DNA of 64,000 bases from Macrostomum lignano (taxonomy: Eukaryota): the NCBI GenBank assembly GCA_002269645.1, contig NIVC01000249.1, forward strand, positions 248,001 through 312,000, given 5' to 3'. The notes under the pieces were generated by a model, which worked only from the letters and a program-made list of their open reading frames with translations, did not search any database and was not told the origin of the DNA. This document shows, one piece after another, positions 1 through 12,139 of this stretch; the stretch's first letter is position 1, and each line of letters starts with the position of its first letter. The translations under genes were made by a program, and so were the position numbers.

Positions 1-1353
1 CAGACACAGCAACTGGGGATCTGGGAGGCTGGCAGACACAGCAACTGGGGATCTGGGAGGCTGGCAGACACAGCAACTGGGGATCTGGGAGGCTGGCAGG
101 CACAGCAACTGAGGATCTGGGAGGCTGGCACAGCAACTGGGGATCTGGGAGGCTGGCACAGCAACTGAGGATCTGGGAGGCTGGCACAGCAACTGAGGAT
201 CTGAGAGGCTGGCACAGCTACTGAGGATCTGGAAGGCTGGCAGACAGCAGACACTGCAACTGGGGATATGGGAGGCTGGCAGGCCCAGCAACTGAGGATC
301 TGGGAGGCTAGCAGACACAGTAACTGGGGATCTGGAAGGCTGGCAGACACAGCAACTGGGGATCTGGGAGGCTGGCAGACACAGCAACTGGGGATCTGGG
401 AGGCTGGCAGACACAGCAACTGGGGATCTGGAAGGCTGGCAGACACAGCAACTGGGGATCTGGAAGGCTGGCAGACACAGCAACTGGGGATCTGGGAGGC
501 TGGCAGACACAGTAACTGGGGATCTGGAAGGCTGGCAGACACAGCAACTGGGGATCTGGGAGGCTGGCAGACACAGCAACTGGGGATCTGGGAGGCTGGC
601 AGACACAGCAACTGGGGATCTGGGAGGCTGGCAGGCACAGCAACTGAGGATCTGGGAGGCTGGCACAGCAACTGGGGATCTGGGAGGCTGGCACAGCAAC
701 TGAGGATCTGGGAGGCTGGCACAGCAACTGAGGATCTGAGAGGCTGGCACAGCTACTGAGGATCTGGAAGGCTGGCAGACAGCAGACACTGCAACTGGGG
801 ATATGGGAGGCTGGCAGGCCCAGCAACTGAGGATCTGGGAGGCTAGCAGACACAGTAACTGGGGATCTGGAAGGCTGGCAGACACAGCAACTGGGGATCT
901 GGGAGGCTGGCAGACACAGCAACTGGGGATCTGGGAGGCTGGCACAGCAACTGGGGATCTGGGAGGCTGGCAGGCACAGCAACTGAGGATCTGGGAGGCT
1001 GGCACAGCAACTGGGGATCTGGGAGGCTGGCACAGCAACTGAGGATCTGGGAGGCTGGCACAGCAACTGAGGATCTGAGAGGCTGGCACAGCTACTGAGG
1101 ATCTGGAAGGCTGGCAGACAGCAGACACTGCAACTGGGGATATGGGAGGCTGGCAGGCCCAGCAACTGAGGATCTGGGAGGCTAGCAGACACAGCAACTG
1201 AGGATCTGGGAGGCTGGCAGGCCCAGCAACTGAGGATCTGGGAGGCTGGCAGGCCCAGCAACTGAGGATCTGGGAGGCTGGTAGGCCCAGCAACTGAGGA
1301 TCTGGGAGGCTGGCAGACACAGCAACTGGCGATCTGGGAGGCTGGCACAGCAA
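1..1353. repeat. Minisatellite, ~27-33 bp units (ggcagacacagcaactggggatctgggaggct and variants), with recurring higher-order blocks; lies in intron 1 of the minus-strand gene
   Basis: Tandem units are visible from base 1. The variant block gcacagctactgaggatctggaaggctggcagacagcagacactgc recurs at ~213, ~747 and ~1087. The array ends just before the GTAAG donor at 1365. Confidence 0.95.
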
Positions 1354-1365
1354 CTGCAGTCTTAC

Positions 1366-1714
1366 CGGCAGCCTCCAGCCTGGCCACCTGCTGCGACAGC
1401 CGATGCACATCAGGATTCGCTGAGCTGAAACTGTCGCCATTAGCAACGGGTCCGGGGTGTCTCTGCTGCTGCCGCTGCCCCTGCTGTTTCCCATGCGGCG
1501 CATGCTGATGCCGATGGTCCAGCTCGACCACGGCAACAGCGGTGGGCGCCGCCGGAGCAGCAGCGCCTCCTCGAACTGCGACAGTCCCCGGCGGCTTCTG
1601 CGCTCCAGAGGCAGCAGGCGCGGCGGCCGCCCGGCGACGCACGGAGTTGGCGGAATCCTGGTGCCGCTTGCGCTCCTGCCGGGGGGAGGGGGGGGGGGTT
1701 CGGTTCCGGTTCAT
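1366..1714 (-). CDS. First coding exon (116 codons + 1 nt) of an unidentified minus-strand gene that continues out of the window to the left
   Basis: ATG at 1714 with an in-frame TGA just upstream. Acceptor ...tttgttttgagtatcttcag ends at 1751; donor G|GTAAGA at 1365. GC-rich, Ala/Gln-rich coding style like the other host genes. The rest of ORF 308..1714 is satellite read-through. Confidence 0.65.
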
Positions 1715-4700
1715 TGATCTGCGACAGCGTCACAAATGCCCCTCCTCTCCCTGAAGATACTCAAAACAAACTCAAAAACCGTTCCTATTAGGTATCAAAT
1801 TCAGGTTTAGAAAATTCATACAGAAGATTCAAAGGCACAGCTTACGGAGCCCCTGGCTGAGGCGGTTCGCCTAAGAGAAACCGGCATGACTTTCTGGCTG
1901 GCTGGCTGCGACAGACGGGAAAAATAAGAGAACTGCTGCTCCCGCTGGCTGCCTCCTGCTGACTCAGTAGCCATATTATTAGGCCCTTCCTACCTCTATA
2001 CCTGTCCCCATAATTCACTCAGCAATACGCCGCCAACCCGTCCACAATCCGCTCTCTCTGTCCTCCGCCCTCCCCTCATTGCCCCATTGTTTCCTTTTGC
2101 CTATGCAGCGACGGGCGGGCAGGTGGAAGATTAGGGAATAGAGGAGGAGACGGCGGTTGTCACAGTGAGGAGGGGAGCAGAAAGAGAAGCCCAATTGGCT
2201 ACACAGGGAAGCGACGCGCGATGGTGGGAAACGCAAGCAGAGAGTACGCAGTGTTGTGTGCAGAGCTGAAGCGCTTGCTTTTAGAAGAGATGAAGTGGAG
2301 GCAAGAGGGAGAGAGAGAAGTCATAATTCTGAGTCTGCTCATGCCAACCAATTCCTACCATAAAATCGGGTACACAGTATTAACGGCAACGCCTTAAAAA
2401 ACAAGCCTGGATACAAAATACTAGAGTGGAAGGCCTCGTAAAACTGAGGCACAAACCATAGCTGGCCTTTGTTGGGCATGTTTAAATTAAATTAACTATG
2501 CTGGAACTGAGAGAGGTCTGAAGGAAAAATCGATATTTAAGTCATACGACGTAAAACCTTGGTTGTAACTGCAGATGTTTTCTGAGTTGCAATCATTCAA
2601 TATTTCCAATACTTCAATATTTTGTAAGAAAAGCAACTCCATAATGAAATCAGCTTTTTTAATTTTAAATATGCGCTAAGAAACTACTACCAGTCATAAG
2701 TAGTTCAAGTGCGAATGATGAAATTTTTAATTTAAAAGAAATTACAAGGGGCTAATTTTTATTGTCTCGACGCTGTCAGGATGACGACCGATCGTTTGAG
2801 AGACTTATTGTGGAAGTCCAGCAGTTGAGGCTTGATCAGGAAAGTCAAACCTGGTCACCACAATGCGTCTATGTCAATCTGCTGAAGGTACAGAAGGCCG
2901 CCAAAGTCGAAGCTTATGGGAACAGCTAATCTTCTGGCCGAACTGTTGAATATCTTGACTATCCGGAGGGCTGGATTGCTATTGCGAGGTCTCCAAGGAC
3001 CCGAGGGCTGGAGGGCCGGCCCTGATCTAAAGATAAGATTGCTTAAAGAAGGAGAAGGTCTGAAGCAGCTAATAAATGATGCTGTCTGGGAACTTGAAAG
3101 CTTGTCAATCTGTTAAAAATGCAGTAAATGTATTTATGAATTCATTAAAGCACAGGCATTATAGCACTGTTAATTATCAAAGTGTTCAGCACCTCACGCA
3201 CCTGATCGATGCCAGATGTTGAGCCTGACCGTTTTGCAGACTGACTGCGAGCTCTTGAACTTTTGAGCATTATGACTGACCCAGCGAATCAACAATGCTG
3301 CTCTGATTCAATTAGCTTTATAAGAAACGTGGCAAAAATTTCTATGCTATTCGAATTTCCTAAAACTAACTTTATTATATAAGCTGTTGATAAGAGCGGC
3401 ATCGGTCCGCGGGATTGAGATTAAGCTCAAATAGTAGATAAAAAACTCGCAAGCCTGACCTGAGCAGTTCGGCAGTGTGCACTTAGCAACTGTAGAATTC
3501 CAGTTATTCCAAATATACCACTAGCATAAACCTAGCATTTTCAAATTTGCAAAAAATTGCACCAGAAATAATGCTCTCACCTGCAATAAAAGATTTCATG
3601 GCACCCAATTGTCTCGCTGACTTGAAATCAATGAAATTCAGTGTTTACTTGTCCTGTACAATCTGGAAGCAAACAGAATATTTACATTTGTAACTTGTGT
3701 GCAATAGAGAATAAATTTTATACACTACTCATAGAGCAGTAGTCATTTATGCGCATGTTAAGAAACATTTTATCTATACTTTATTCAACAAAAGCTTAAA
3801 ACAGAACAATATAGTAAAAAGCACTTTTGAAGAATCTTGCATGTCTAAAAGTTTATTGCAATATGTTTGTAATTAGTAGTCACAAAATATGTAAATGTGG
3901 TTAAGCAAAAACTAACATTATTTTGAATAGAAATGCAATTATTGAAAGCAAAATGAATAGAATTCTTACTGAGATAAATCAGCTACAAATACATATGGAG
4001 ATAGTCTTCACATAAATAATTATTACTTGAACAAATGATAAACAAAAGCAAATAAACCCATAAGCTTGGTCATTCTGCATTATTCTAGTTTTTTTGCTAG
4101 CTGACTTTTTGCAATCTTTTTCAAGGGTTGGGTAAATATAGGGTAAAAATAGAAGTTAAAGGAATATTATTACCTGAATAGCATTATAGATAGTATTATA
4201 GGTTCTCCAGAAAAAACAGTTTATATAGCATAAATGATAAAAAAGATCTTTAAGAGTTGCTACAAAAAGATCATTGATAAAGATAAAATAAGATCCTTTA
4301 TAGAAAGTTATTATAAATTTTAGATTCATCTATAAATCTCAATTAGAAAGACTAGGGTAGGTCAAAAATGATGATTTTTTGCTCTGCATTAATTGGCCTA
4401 GTGTGTTTTACTTCCCTAATAGGACATGCAACATTGCACCTCTTTCTTCACATGGCCCACACTGTGTTGCCACTTTGCTAAGTAGGTCAAAGCTGTAAAC
4501 TATCCAAAAAAAGGCCATTGGCTGCAATATCAGGCTTTACCAGATCCACTTTGCTGACCTGGCATCTACCTATGACTATCTCTGACTAGGATTTAAACAA
4601 TATTATCTACTATATTAGTACTTTTATCCAAGAGTAACATTTGCTTATTACTTGAAGATTCCAAATGTTATTAGATATATTAAAGGGGAAGGCTATTAAG

Positions 4701-6116
4701 TTTAATGGATATAATTTGAGTGAAGATTTTGTGCTACTTTGAGCATATTGTTGCAAGATTGATAGGCCTAGGGAAGTGCAAAATGGTAGCATGATAGACT
4801 TTGCCAACCCCCTGGCTTAGCAAGCTGGCTAGCTTGGTACACCTACCCCACCTTAGCTAAACAAAGGTTGGGGGTGTTCAAAGTGCTCAAAGTGTGGAAG
4901 TGTTCACTGAGTGTTCACCAGTTGTATGCATTTTAACTACCATCATCATTAAGAATAACTTCCCAAAATTAATTTCCTTTTCCTTCCTTCACAATCACAA
5001 TCATTACAATCATCACAATATATTATTAAATCTCTAAGGCTTGTTTATTTGTCTAGTATTTCAGTCTACAGCCTGAATGCCTGAACCAATTTTTTTTCAA
5101 ACTTGCTTTATTCAATTGCAAATTCCTGTGAGATTGTGTGTATCTAATTGCATTGAAAAATTCAAATTATGGTTAAATATTCAAAAAACGAGTTTTCCCA
5201 ATGCTTTCAATGGGCGGGTAAAAAAGGTCAAAATCTTGACTGACTGAATTTCAATTTCAATTGAGATTGTGCCATAATTTTCTCTTCACTATGAAGTATA
5301 GGCCTCAAAACTGGCTGCAATGTGCAAGGGAAAAAATAATGCTCAGTGGCTGCATATGTACATTCTGACCCTAGACTGACTGGTGGACTGCATTGATAAT
5401 TGCTATTTAAAGAATTCATTCAACTGTGCATTGGCTCTGCTTGCACACTGAGCAGCCTATCATTGCTATGTAATTGACTGCAATGCCGAAGCATATATGG
5501 CTGATTCTTTTGCCTTCTTATCAATAGGCAGAGTAGCCACATTATAGGCACTAGGACTAGGTTTAGGCTAGGTATAAGGTTCCAGGTTCAATTCCTGGCT
5601 CTGGTGGACAATAAAAAATAAATTTATTCATTCATTTATAGTGTGTGCCTTGACTAATTAAACATTTTTTATTAATTTGCAAGGCACACTTGATGAATTA
5701 TTTGGCTAATTGCCACAAGTTGCTAAGTAAAATTCTATTTGTAAAAAACTGCCTTAGGTATTATTGATCATACCAATAGGCATTGCCTAGCTCTATGAAA
5801 GTATGAAATTGCTGCTAAACTGCAAATGATGCTGCTAAATTGCTGAAGGCATTGCTAAATGCTATGTTGTGCAAAATTGCTGCTGAGCAGACTGCTAAAG
5901 AAATAAATGAGAATTACTTCCAGATTTATGAGCATATTGCTGCGAACTGCTTGAAGGATAATGGTAGACTTCTAAGAAGGATAACTAACTACAAAGTCTC
6001 GAGAAGATATTAACTGTAGAGGATTAAGTGCAGGTTATTGAGGGGATTACTGCTGATTGCTGAACATATTATTTTAGTTTGCTGCAGGAACAATTCTAGG
6101 CTACTAAGGGGATAAT

Positions 6117-6775
6117 CCCTATTGGAATAAGTTGACAAAATGTGGACGACCGTCTGTCGCATTTTCGGATTCTCCTGGTGTTGCGTCGCGTGACAGTGGT
6201 GTCAAGTGGTGTGTCGCGTCGCGCGACACTGGAAACCTGGTGTTGTCATGCGTCGCGTCACGGCCTGGACCTGTAGCCAAAACCTTGCAAACTGTGTTTC
6301 ATTGTAATATGTTTACGGTTGTTTCTCGGTATTTAAATGTTTCAAACATGTTTGATAATAACTAGTTCTTGAATTGTTCTTTTTTATTTTGATGGTAAAG
6401 TAACTAATACTTCAATTTTTAGAAATGTTACTTGTTAGTTACAATGTGTGCACTGTTTTTCTAAGTGTTGTACCTTTGTTGTTTTACTGTTTTAATGTTT
6501 TTAAATTTCTTTTCTTTTTCCGCGAAATTGAAAGGAATACTCTCGTCCTTCACTCCATGGTCTTGGTGTCGGGAGTGAACGGCAGAATGGGAATTGTCAA
6601 TTACAACGTGGCTGCTGTGGCGTCCCCCTCCCCCAGTCATTCGGTCAACATACATCGGTGTTGCGTTGCGCGTTGCTGCCCCCCAGTCAACAAAATTTGG
6701 TGTCGCACTTTTGAGGGCACAATTTTGGCACCCGTGTCACGTGTCCGCGGGTTTTTGAAACTTATTCCAATAGGG
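6117..6775. mobile_element. Non-autonomous DNA transposon (MITE), 659 bp, 17-bp TIR, 8-bp TSD
   Basis: TIR ccctattggaataagtt at 6117-6133 and its reverse complement at 6759-6775. TSD gggataat at 6109-6116 and 6776-6783. Confidence 0.9.
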
Positions 6776-7182
6776 GGGATAATGGCTTAATGCTAATGAT
6801 AGTTGTAGACTAAAAAGGAGACAACAGCAGACTTCTAAGAGTATGGCTGCAGTCTGTTCTATGGGATAAGAAGGGTAATTTCAGGTTGCTATAAGGATAA
6901 TTGCAAATTTGGGGGGGGGGGTTAACTTCAAACTTTCAGGCAATAACAGTAGCCGCCTAATGGCAGTTTGGGAGTGGTGCTAATCTGGGTAAAATACTAA
7001 TCTGGAGGAATAATGCTAATTTGGGGGAGTGAGGCTAACCTGGAGAAGTGGAGCTAATATGGGGGAGTAGTGCTAATTAGAGTAGGAGTGGTGCTAATCA
7101 GAATGGGAGTGGTGCTAATCTGGAAGAGTTAGGCTAATCTGGGAAAGTGGAGCTAATATGGGGGAGTAGTGTTAATCAGGGT

Positions 7183-7461
7183 CATACATGCGCAACCTCC
7201 AAAATTCGGTCGGCCATGCGACTTAGTTTTAACAAAAATGCGACTTACATGTACGAGCTAAAAAACCCTAAAGCAAAATTAACGCAACTTTGGGTAAACG
7301 GCAGAAGTAACTATGACTGTTTTATTAAGTCAAAATGCCTCGTCAGCTACTTAGTACTACTACGGGTATTTTTTTCGGGTGGGCATTTTTGCGACCTCCT
7401 TGGTTGGCCGCCAAATCGGTCGGCCGGATCGGCCGACTCGGCCGACTGTTGCGCATGTATG
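7183..7461. mobile_element. MITE family B copy 1, 279 bp, 14-bp TIR CATACATGCGCAAC, 8-bp TSD (hAT- or P-like)
   Basis: TIRs at 7183-7196 and 7448-7461. TSD atcagggt at 7175-7182 and 7462-7469. Second copy at 9880-10177. Confidence 0.9.
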
Positions 7462-8489
7462 ATCAGGGTAGGAGAAGTGCTAAACTGGGGAGAATAGAGC
7501 AACTTTGATAATAGTCCTTGTGCTAGATTTATTATGCAGTTATTGCAAAATTTAATATAAGACATAAGACTAATAATACATTACTAATAATAATAAAATA
7601 TACAAAAAATATCTAATAACAATAAGAGAACTATAAATTAATTGACATTGCAAAGTTAAAATCATTGAAAAAAATGTTAGGCCTACTTTTTAAAGATTTT
7701 TCTTCTTAGTATAACTTAATGTGAATTTCTTAAAGATTTGCTATTGCAGAACTGCTTGAAGATTAGTGGCATTTGCTCAGCAACTGTGCAAAGCTGCTTA
7801 TGCTAGACAAATGCTAAACTGCTTAGAAGCCACCTAGAAAAGGGCTAAATGGCTAGTCCTCCTCCCTATATACTAAAAATAAAAATCTTGTTTGTGTGTA
7901 TATATGTTTGTGCACAATTGATTTTCTCCCAAATGGCTTAACTGATTTTCACGAGACTTGTAACATTCAACCAGAAATTTTCCTGTGATAGTACATCTGT
8001 CTTGGCTAAAAAATTTCTCCATGTTAAAGGGATTAAATATTTAAAAAAATGCTCATTTGCAAAGATGAAACAAAGTTTCTAACTTGAAATGCATTTTATA
8101 AGAATGCTAAAAACAAAACTAATTGGCTGAATTCTGATTCTAATAAAGATTGCATTACAAGTTAAAAACAGTGTCAAAAAGCACACAATACTTGACTAAG
8201 ATTGTGTAACCATATTGCTAACTTAATTTGAGACTGATACTGGCTGACTGAGAAATTGATTATGTCATAACTTTTTACTCTAACCAACTTGCTATAAGTA
8301 TTGAATTATAAAGGCCACCATTTATGTTCTTCAAATGAAAAGAGATAGCCTAGAATTAGATGCGAATACTGGACTGCTAATGTAGCAACCTAGGTTCAAA
8401 TCTTAGTAGTCTAGTAGTACAAAATATTTTTTTATTAAAATACCTTAAAAACACAAAACTGCTAAACATAAAAAAGCACAATGTTAAAC

Positions 8490-9690
8490 ATAGAAGAGCT
8501 ACCATGTCAAACACATAAAAGAGCCACCATGTCAAACATAAAAGAGCCACCATGTCAAACATAAAAGAGCCACCATGTCAAACATAAAAGAGCCATCATG
8601 TCAAACATTAAAGAACCACCATGTCAAACATTAAAGAAGCACAATGTTAAGCATAGAATAGTTAGCATGTCAAACATTAAAGAGCCACCATATCAAACAT
8701 AAAAGAGCCACCATGTCAAACATTAAAGAGCCACCATGTCGAACATAAAAGAGCCACCATGTCAAATATAAAAGAGCAACCATGTCAAACATAAAAGAGC
8801 CACCATGTCAAACATTAAAGAGCCACCATGTCAAACATTAAAGAGCCCAGGTTGCGGATGGTATGCATGTACGCCGGAACTTTTCCGGCGTACAAAACGG
8901 CCACCCTCAGTCCTTGGCGTACACAATCGGCGTACACAACCCCTGGCGCACTTTGTTGGCGTACACTATTGGCGTACACAAGTAACACAGCCACGCATAC
9001 TTTTTTGGCGTACAAATTTTGGTGAATCAATTCATGCCGTGCATGAAAATTGTAATGTAAATTAATGTTTTTACGTAAAGTAAAGGAAAATTTATATCGT
9101 CAGTGATAAACTTTTTGCTTATTTTAAGTTAAAAAAAAATTAAACTAGTGTAAAATTTTGCTGAAAGTATTAACTTTGCATGATATTTTTTGTAGGTGTT
9201 ATTTAAGTTTGTTTAAACTGACAATATTCGTAATATTTTAAAGACACTTTTCATACGAAAGCCTTTCCTAGAAAACTCTACTCGTGAAAACCGAATGACC
9301 CTTTTTTGGAATTTTTAGTGTACATTTGAGTGCAACTTTTTGTTTTTGGCGTACACTGGCGTACAAAGTCCTTGACGCCCGAATTTTTTCCGGCGTACAG
9401 GGGTACATGATCCGCACACTGGTAAAGAGCCACCATGCCAAACATTAAAGAGCCATCATGTAAAACATAAAAGAGTCACCATGTCAAATATAAAAGAGCC
9501 ACAATGTCAAACATAAAAGAGCCACCATGTCAAACATAAAAGAGCAACCATGTCAAACATAAAAGAGCCACCATGTCAAACATTAAAGAGCCACCATGTC
9601 AAATATTAAAGAGCCACCATGTCAAACATTAAAGAGCTAGGGGCCTACCATGTCAAACATTAAAGAGCTAGGCCTACCATGTCAAACATT
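8490..9690. repeat. 22-23 bp minisatellite (aaagagccaccatgtcaaacat[t/a]) split by a MITE insertion
   Basis: Tandem units on both sides of the 8847-9422 insertion. Confidence 0.9.
8847..9422. mobile_element. MITE, 576 bp, imperfect TIRs (ccag..tgcggat....tgtacgccggaa), 8-bp TSD
   Basis: TSD taaagagc at 8839-8846 and 9423-9430. Removing the element and one TSD restores the satellite unit exactly. Internal ggcgtaca subrepeats. Confidence 0.85.
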
Positions 9691-9879
9691 TGTTTGTTGC
9701 CGAATTTGCGTGCATCCACTAGGCCCTAGGACTAATCAATGGACGATGACACAATTTTGGAAATAGCAATAGCAAAAATAAAAAAAATAGATATCAGTTA
9801 ATCATGTAAGAAAATAGTGCTAGACTTTAGGCCTAGGCCTAGTCTTACTATTTCAGCAATCTATTTTATTGGTTGGGCT

Positions 9880-10177
9880 CATACATGTGCAACCTCCAAA
9901 ATTCGGTCAGCCGTGCGACTTAGTTTTAACAAAAAAGCGACGTAGTTTTTGGTCAAAAATGCGACTTACATATAACAAAACCCGAAAGCAAAATTAACGC
10001 AACTTTGGGTAAACGGCAGGAGTAACTATGACTGTTTTATTAAGCTAAAATGCCTCGTCAGCTACTTAGTACTACTACTTGGGTTATTTTTTGGGTGGGC
10101 ATTTTTGCGACTTCCTTGGTTGGCCGCCAAATCGGTCGGCCGGATTGGCCGACTCGGCCGACTGTTGCGCATGTATG
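9880..10177. mobile_element. MITE family B copy 2, 298 bp
   Basis: Aligns along its length to 7183-7461. TSD gttgggct / gtagggct (7 of 8 match). Confidence 0.88.
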
Positions 10178-12139
10178 GTAGGGCTTCATGCAATGCAAAG
10201 CCAAAGGGGTTCTCCAACTCGACTCCATTAGGCTTTTCACGAAGATTGGTTCTAGAACCAGAATAATTCCGATTCCAGAACCAGAATCGGCAGGAAAATG
10301 AAAAGCTTCAAACCCATTTTATATTTGACAGTCTTTATAATAATTTTGTCTTTCCTTGACTTTGCTTTGTCTTGGATATGACAAACAAACAGAGTACTAT
10401 TACTACTAATAATATATCAATAATAAAAAATTGACGATTTCAAATATATTTTACTGTTAAAGTGTAAGCATGACAACGGATCGATAAAAATTTTCTCTAT
10501 CCAAATTCCAAAACCAAAACACGGTTCTGGAACCGATTCGGGTTCTGGAATTGGTAAAATGAAAAGCCTACATCTACATGTCATGTCGACACACTACTCA
10601 CGCGAGCAAGCGTGTTATTATTTGATTGTACAATAATCATAATTTTATTTTATCTTTTTAAAATACGCTACATTTATACCAATTTATAGTGTATTATGCT
10701 GCAAAAATACTATTTGTTTTTAAGTTTTGTTAAAACGAAAAAAAGCAAATTTTAAAACAATTATTTTCTACGATATCTATATGCCCCTTTATAGTTTTGT
10801 ACGTGTATTTCAAATGGACGATAATTCAGTTGCTTTTGACTTACGTACTAATTCTACCACCGCACTACAATCTACTTCTATTGGAAATTAATATTTAAAA
10901 AAATATTGACGTCAATCGCCCACATAACTTTTAACTGCCAGTTTGATATTAGTATGTTCCTAACTATCTATGACTATGTGTGATTTTATATTTATTCATA
11001 AATACCAGACTGAAGAGCAAAATCGATTAATGTCTATTTTAAGTTTAAAATTTGACTGATAGGAGAAATCTTGTTCATAATTTATTCTAAAAAATATAAA
11101 ATTTGTAGCTAATATTTGTATAGTTCATTTTATTACTATTTAGAATTTTTTTTGTTTCTTAAACCTTACTTCTCAGACTTGTGTTGTGCACAAGCTTCTG
11201 TTCAATTGGTAATTTTATAGCTAGGCCATTTGACAAAAAAGTTAATTGTCATTTCAAAGACAGTAAATAATAAACAAATTTTATCTTATTAAAATTCATA
11301 TTTAATAGGCCTCTTAAAAGCTCCTATTTTTTAATTTAAAGTAAAAGTAAAACCGACAGATAATATATCGTGTCACTAAAATGATCACTTACTCTATCTT
11401 CCCAATATTTTTAGTGCATGCTGGAAAATATGCCAAAACTTAATATATAAAATGCTTGCCAAATCTATTGCATATTAGACTATTCTATCATGAATGATAT
11501 CTTTTAGAGTACAATGCTTGCTTAATCTTCTATTTGTCATTAATATATTTATTTTTTTACCAAAATGATGATTTTTTTAATAATAGCCTATTATCAACAT
11601 AAAGGCTCTATAGAAGCCATACTCCAGATCATAAAGTATATGCCCAAAAATTTGGGCATGCGTTGGCCTTGCATGTCAAAAATAGGTATGTATAGTTGGT
11701 ATGCATCACTCTTGAGAAAATAGTACGCATGTATACCAGGTGTGCACTTTATAGAATCACATGGAAAAGTGATTGTGAAGTAAAAAAATAAAATGTTCAT
11801 TTTTTAGTGTAAATTTCAAGCTTTCTGGGTTTTTTCAGCTCATAATAAAGCATTTAAACAAATCTTTGTGTGTATCATTTTTTTTGCTATAAATAGTATG
11901 GCTAAAAAAGCATAAAAAATCAACCAAAATTCTCTGCCAAAATGGTCCATTATGCAATTTTAAAAAGGTCATTTATTGTTACAATGTAAAAAAGGTTATT
12001 TATTGTTGCAACATTGGCCTAGTTTTGAAAACAGGCATATACCTAATTTTTGGTGTGCATTTTTAATTGTTTATTTTTTGTTTTGGCATGTACACAGCAT
12101 GATCCAGACTATAATAGTATAGAGAGAGTTAGCCTAATC

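Noticed and set aside
5540-8410. B-box-like motifs (ggttcaattcc at ~5585; ggttcaaatc at ~8393) suggesting tRNA genes
   Set aside because: No complete cloverleaf; at best degraded SINE heads.
10245-10570. Short ggttct[a/g]gaacc / ccgattc..gaatcgg inverted and direct motifs
   Set aside because: Arms are short and degenerate with no TSD; element boundaries cannot be defined.
11615-12115. Possible old MITE related to the 8847-9422 family
   Set aside because: Terminal similarity is only ~11/15 and there is no TSD; too degenerate to support.
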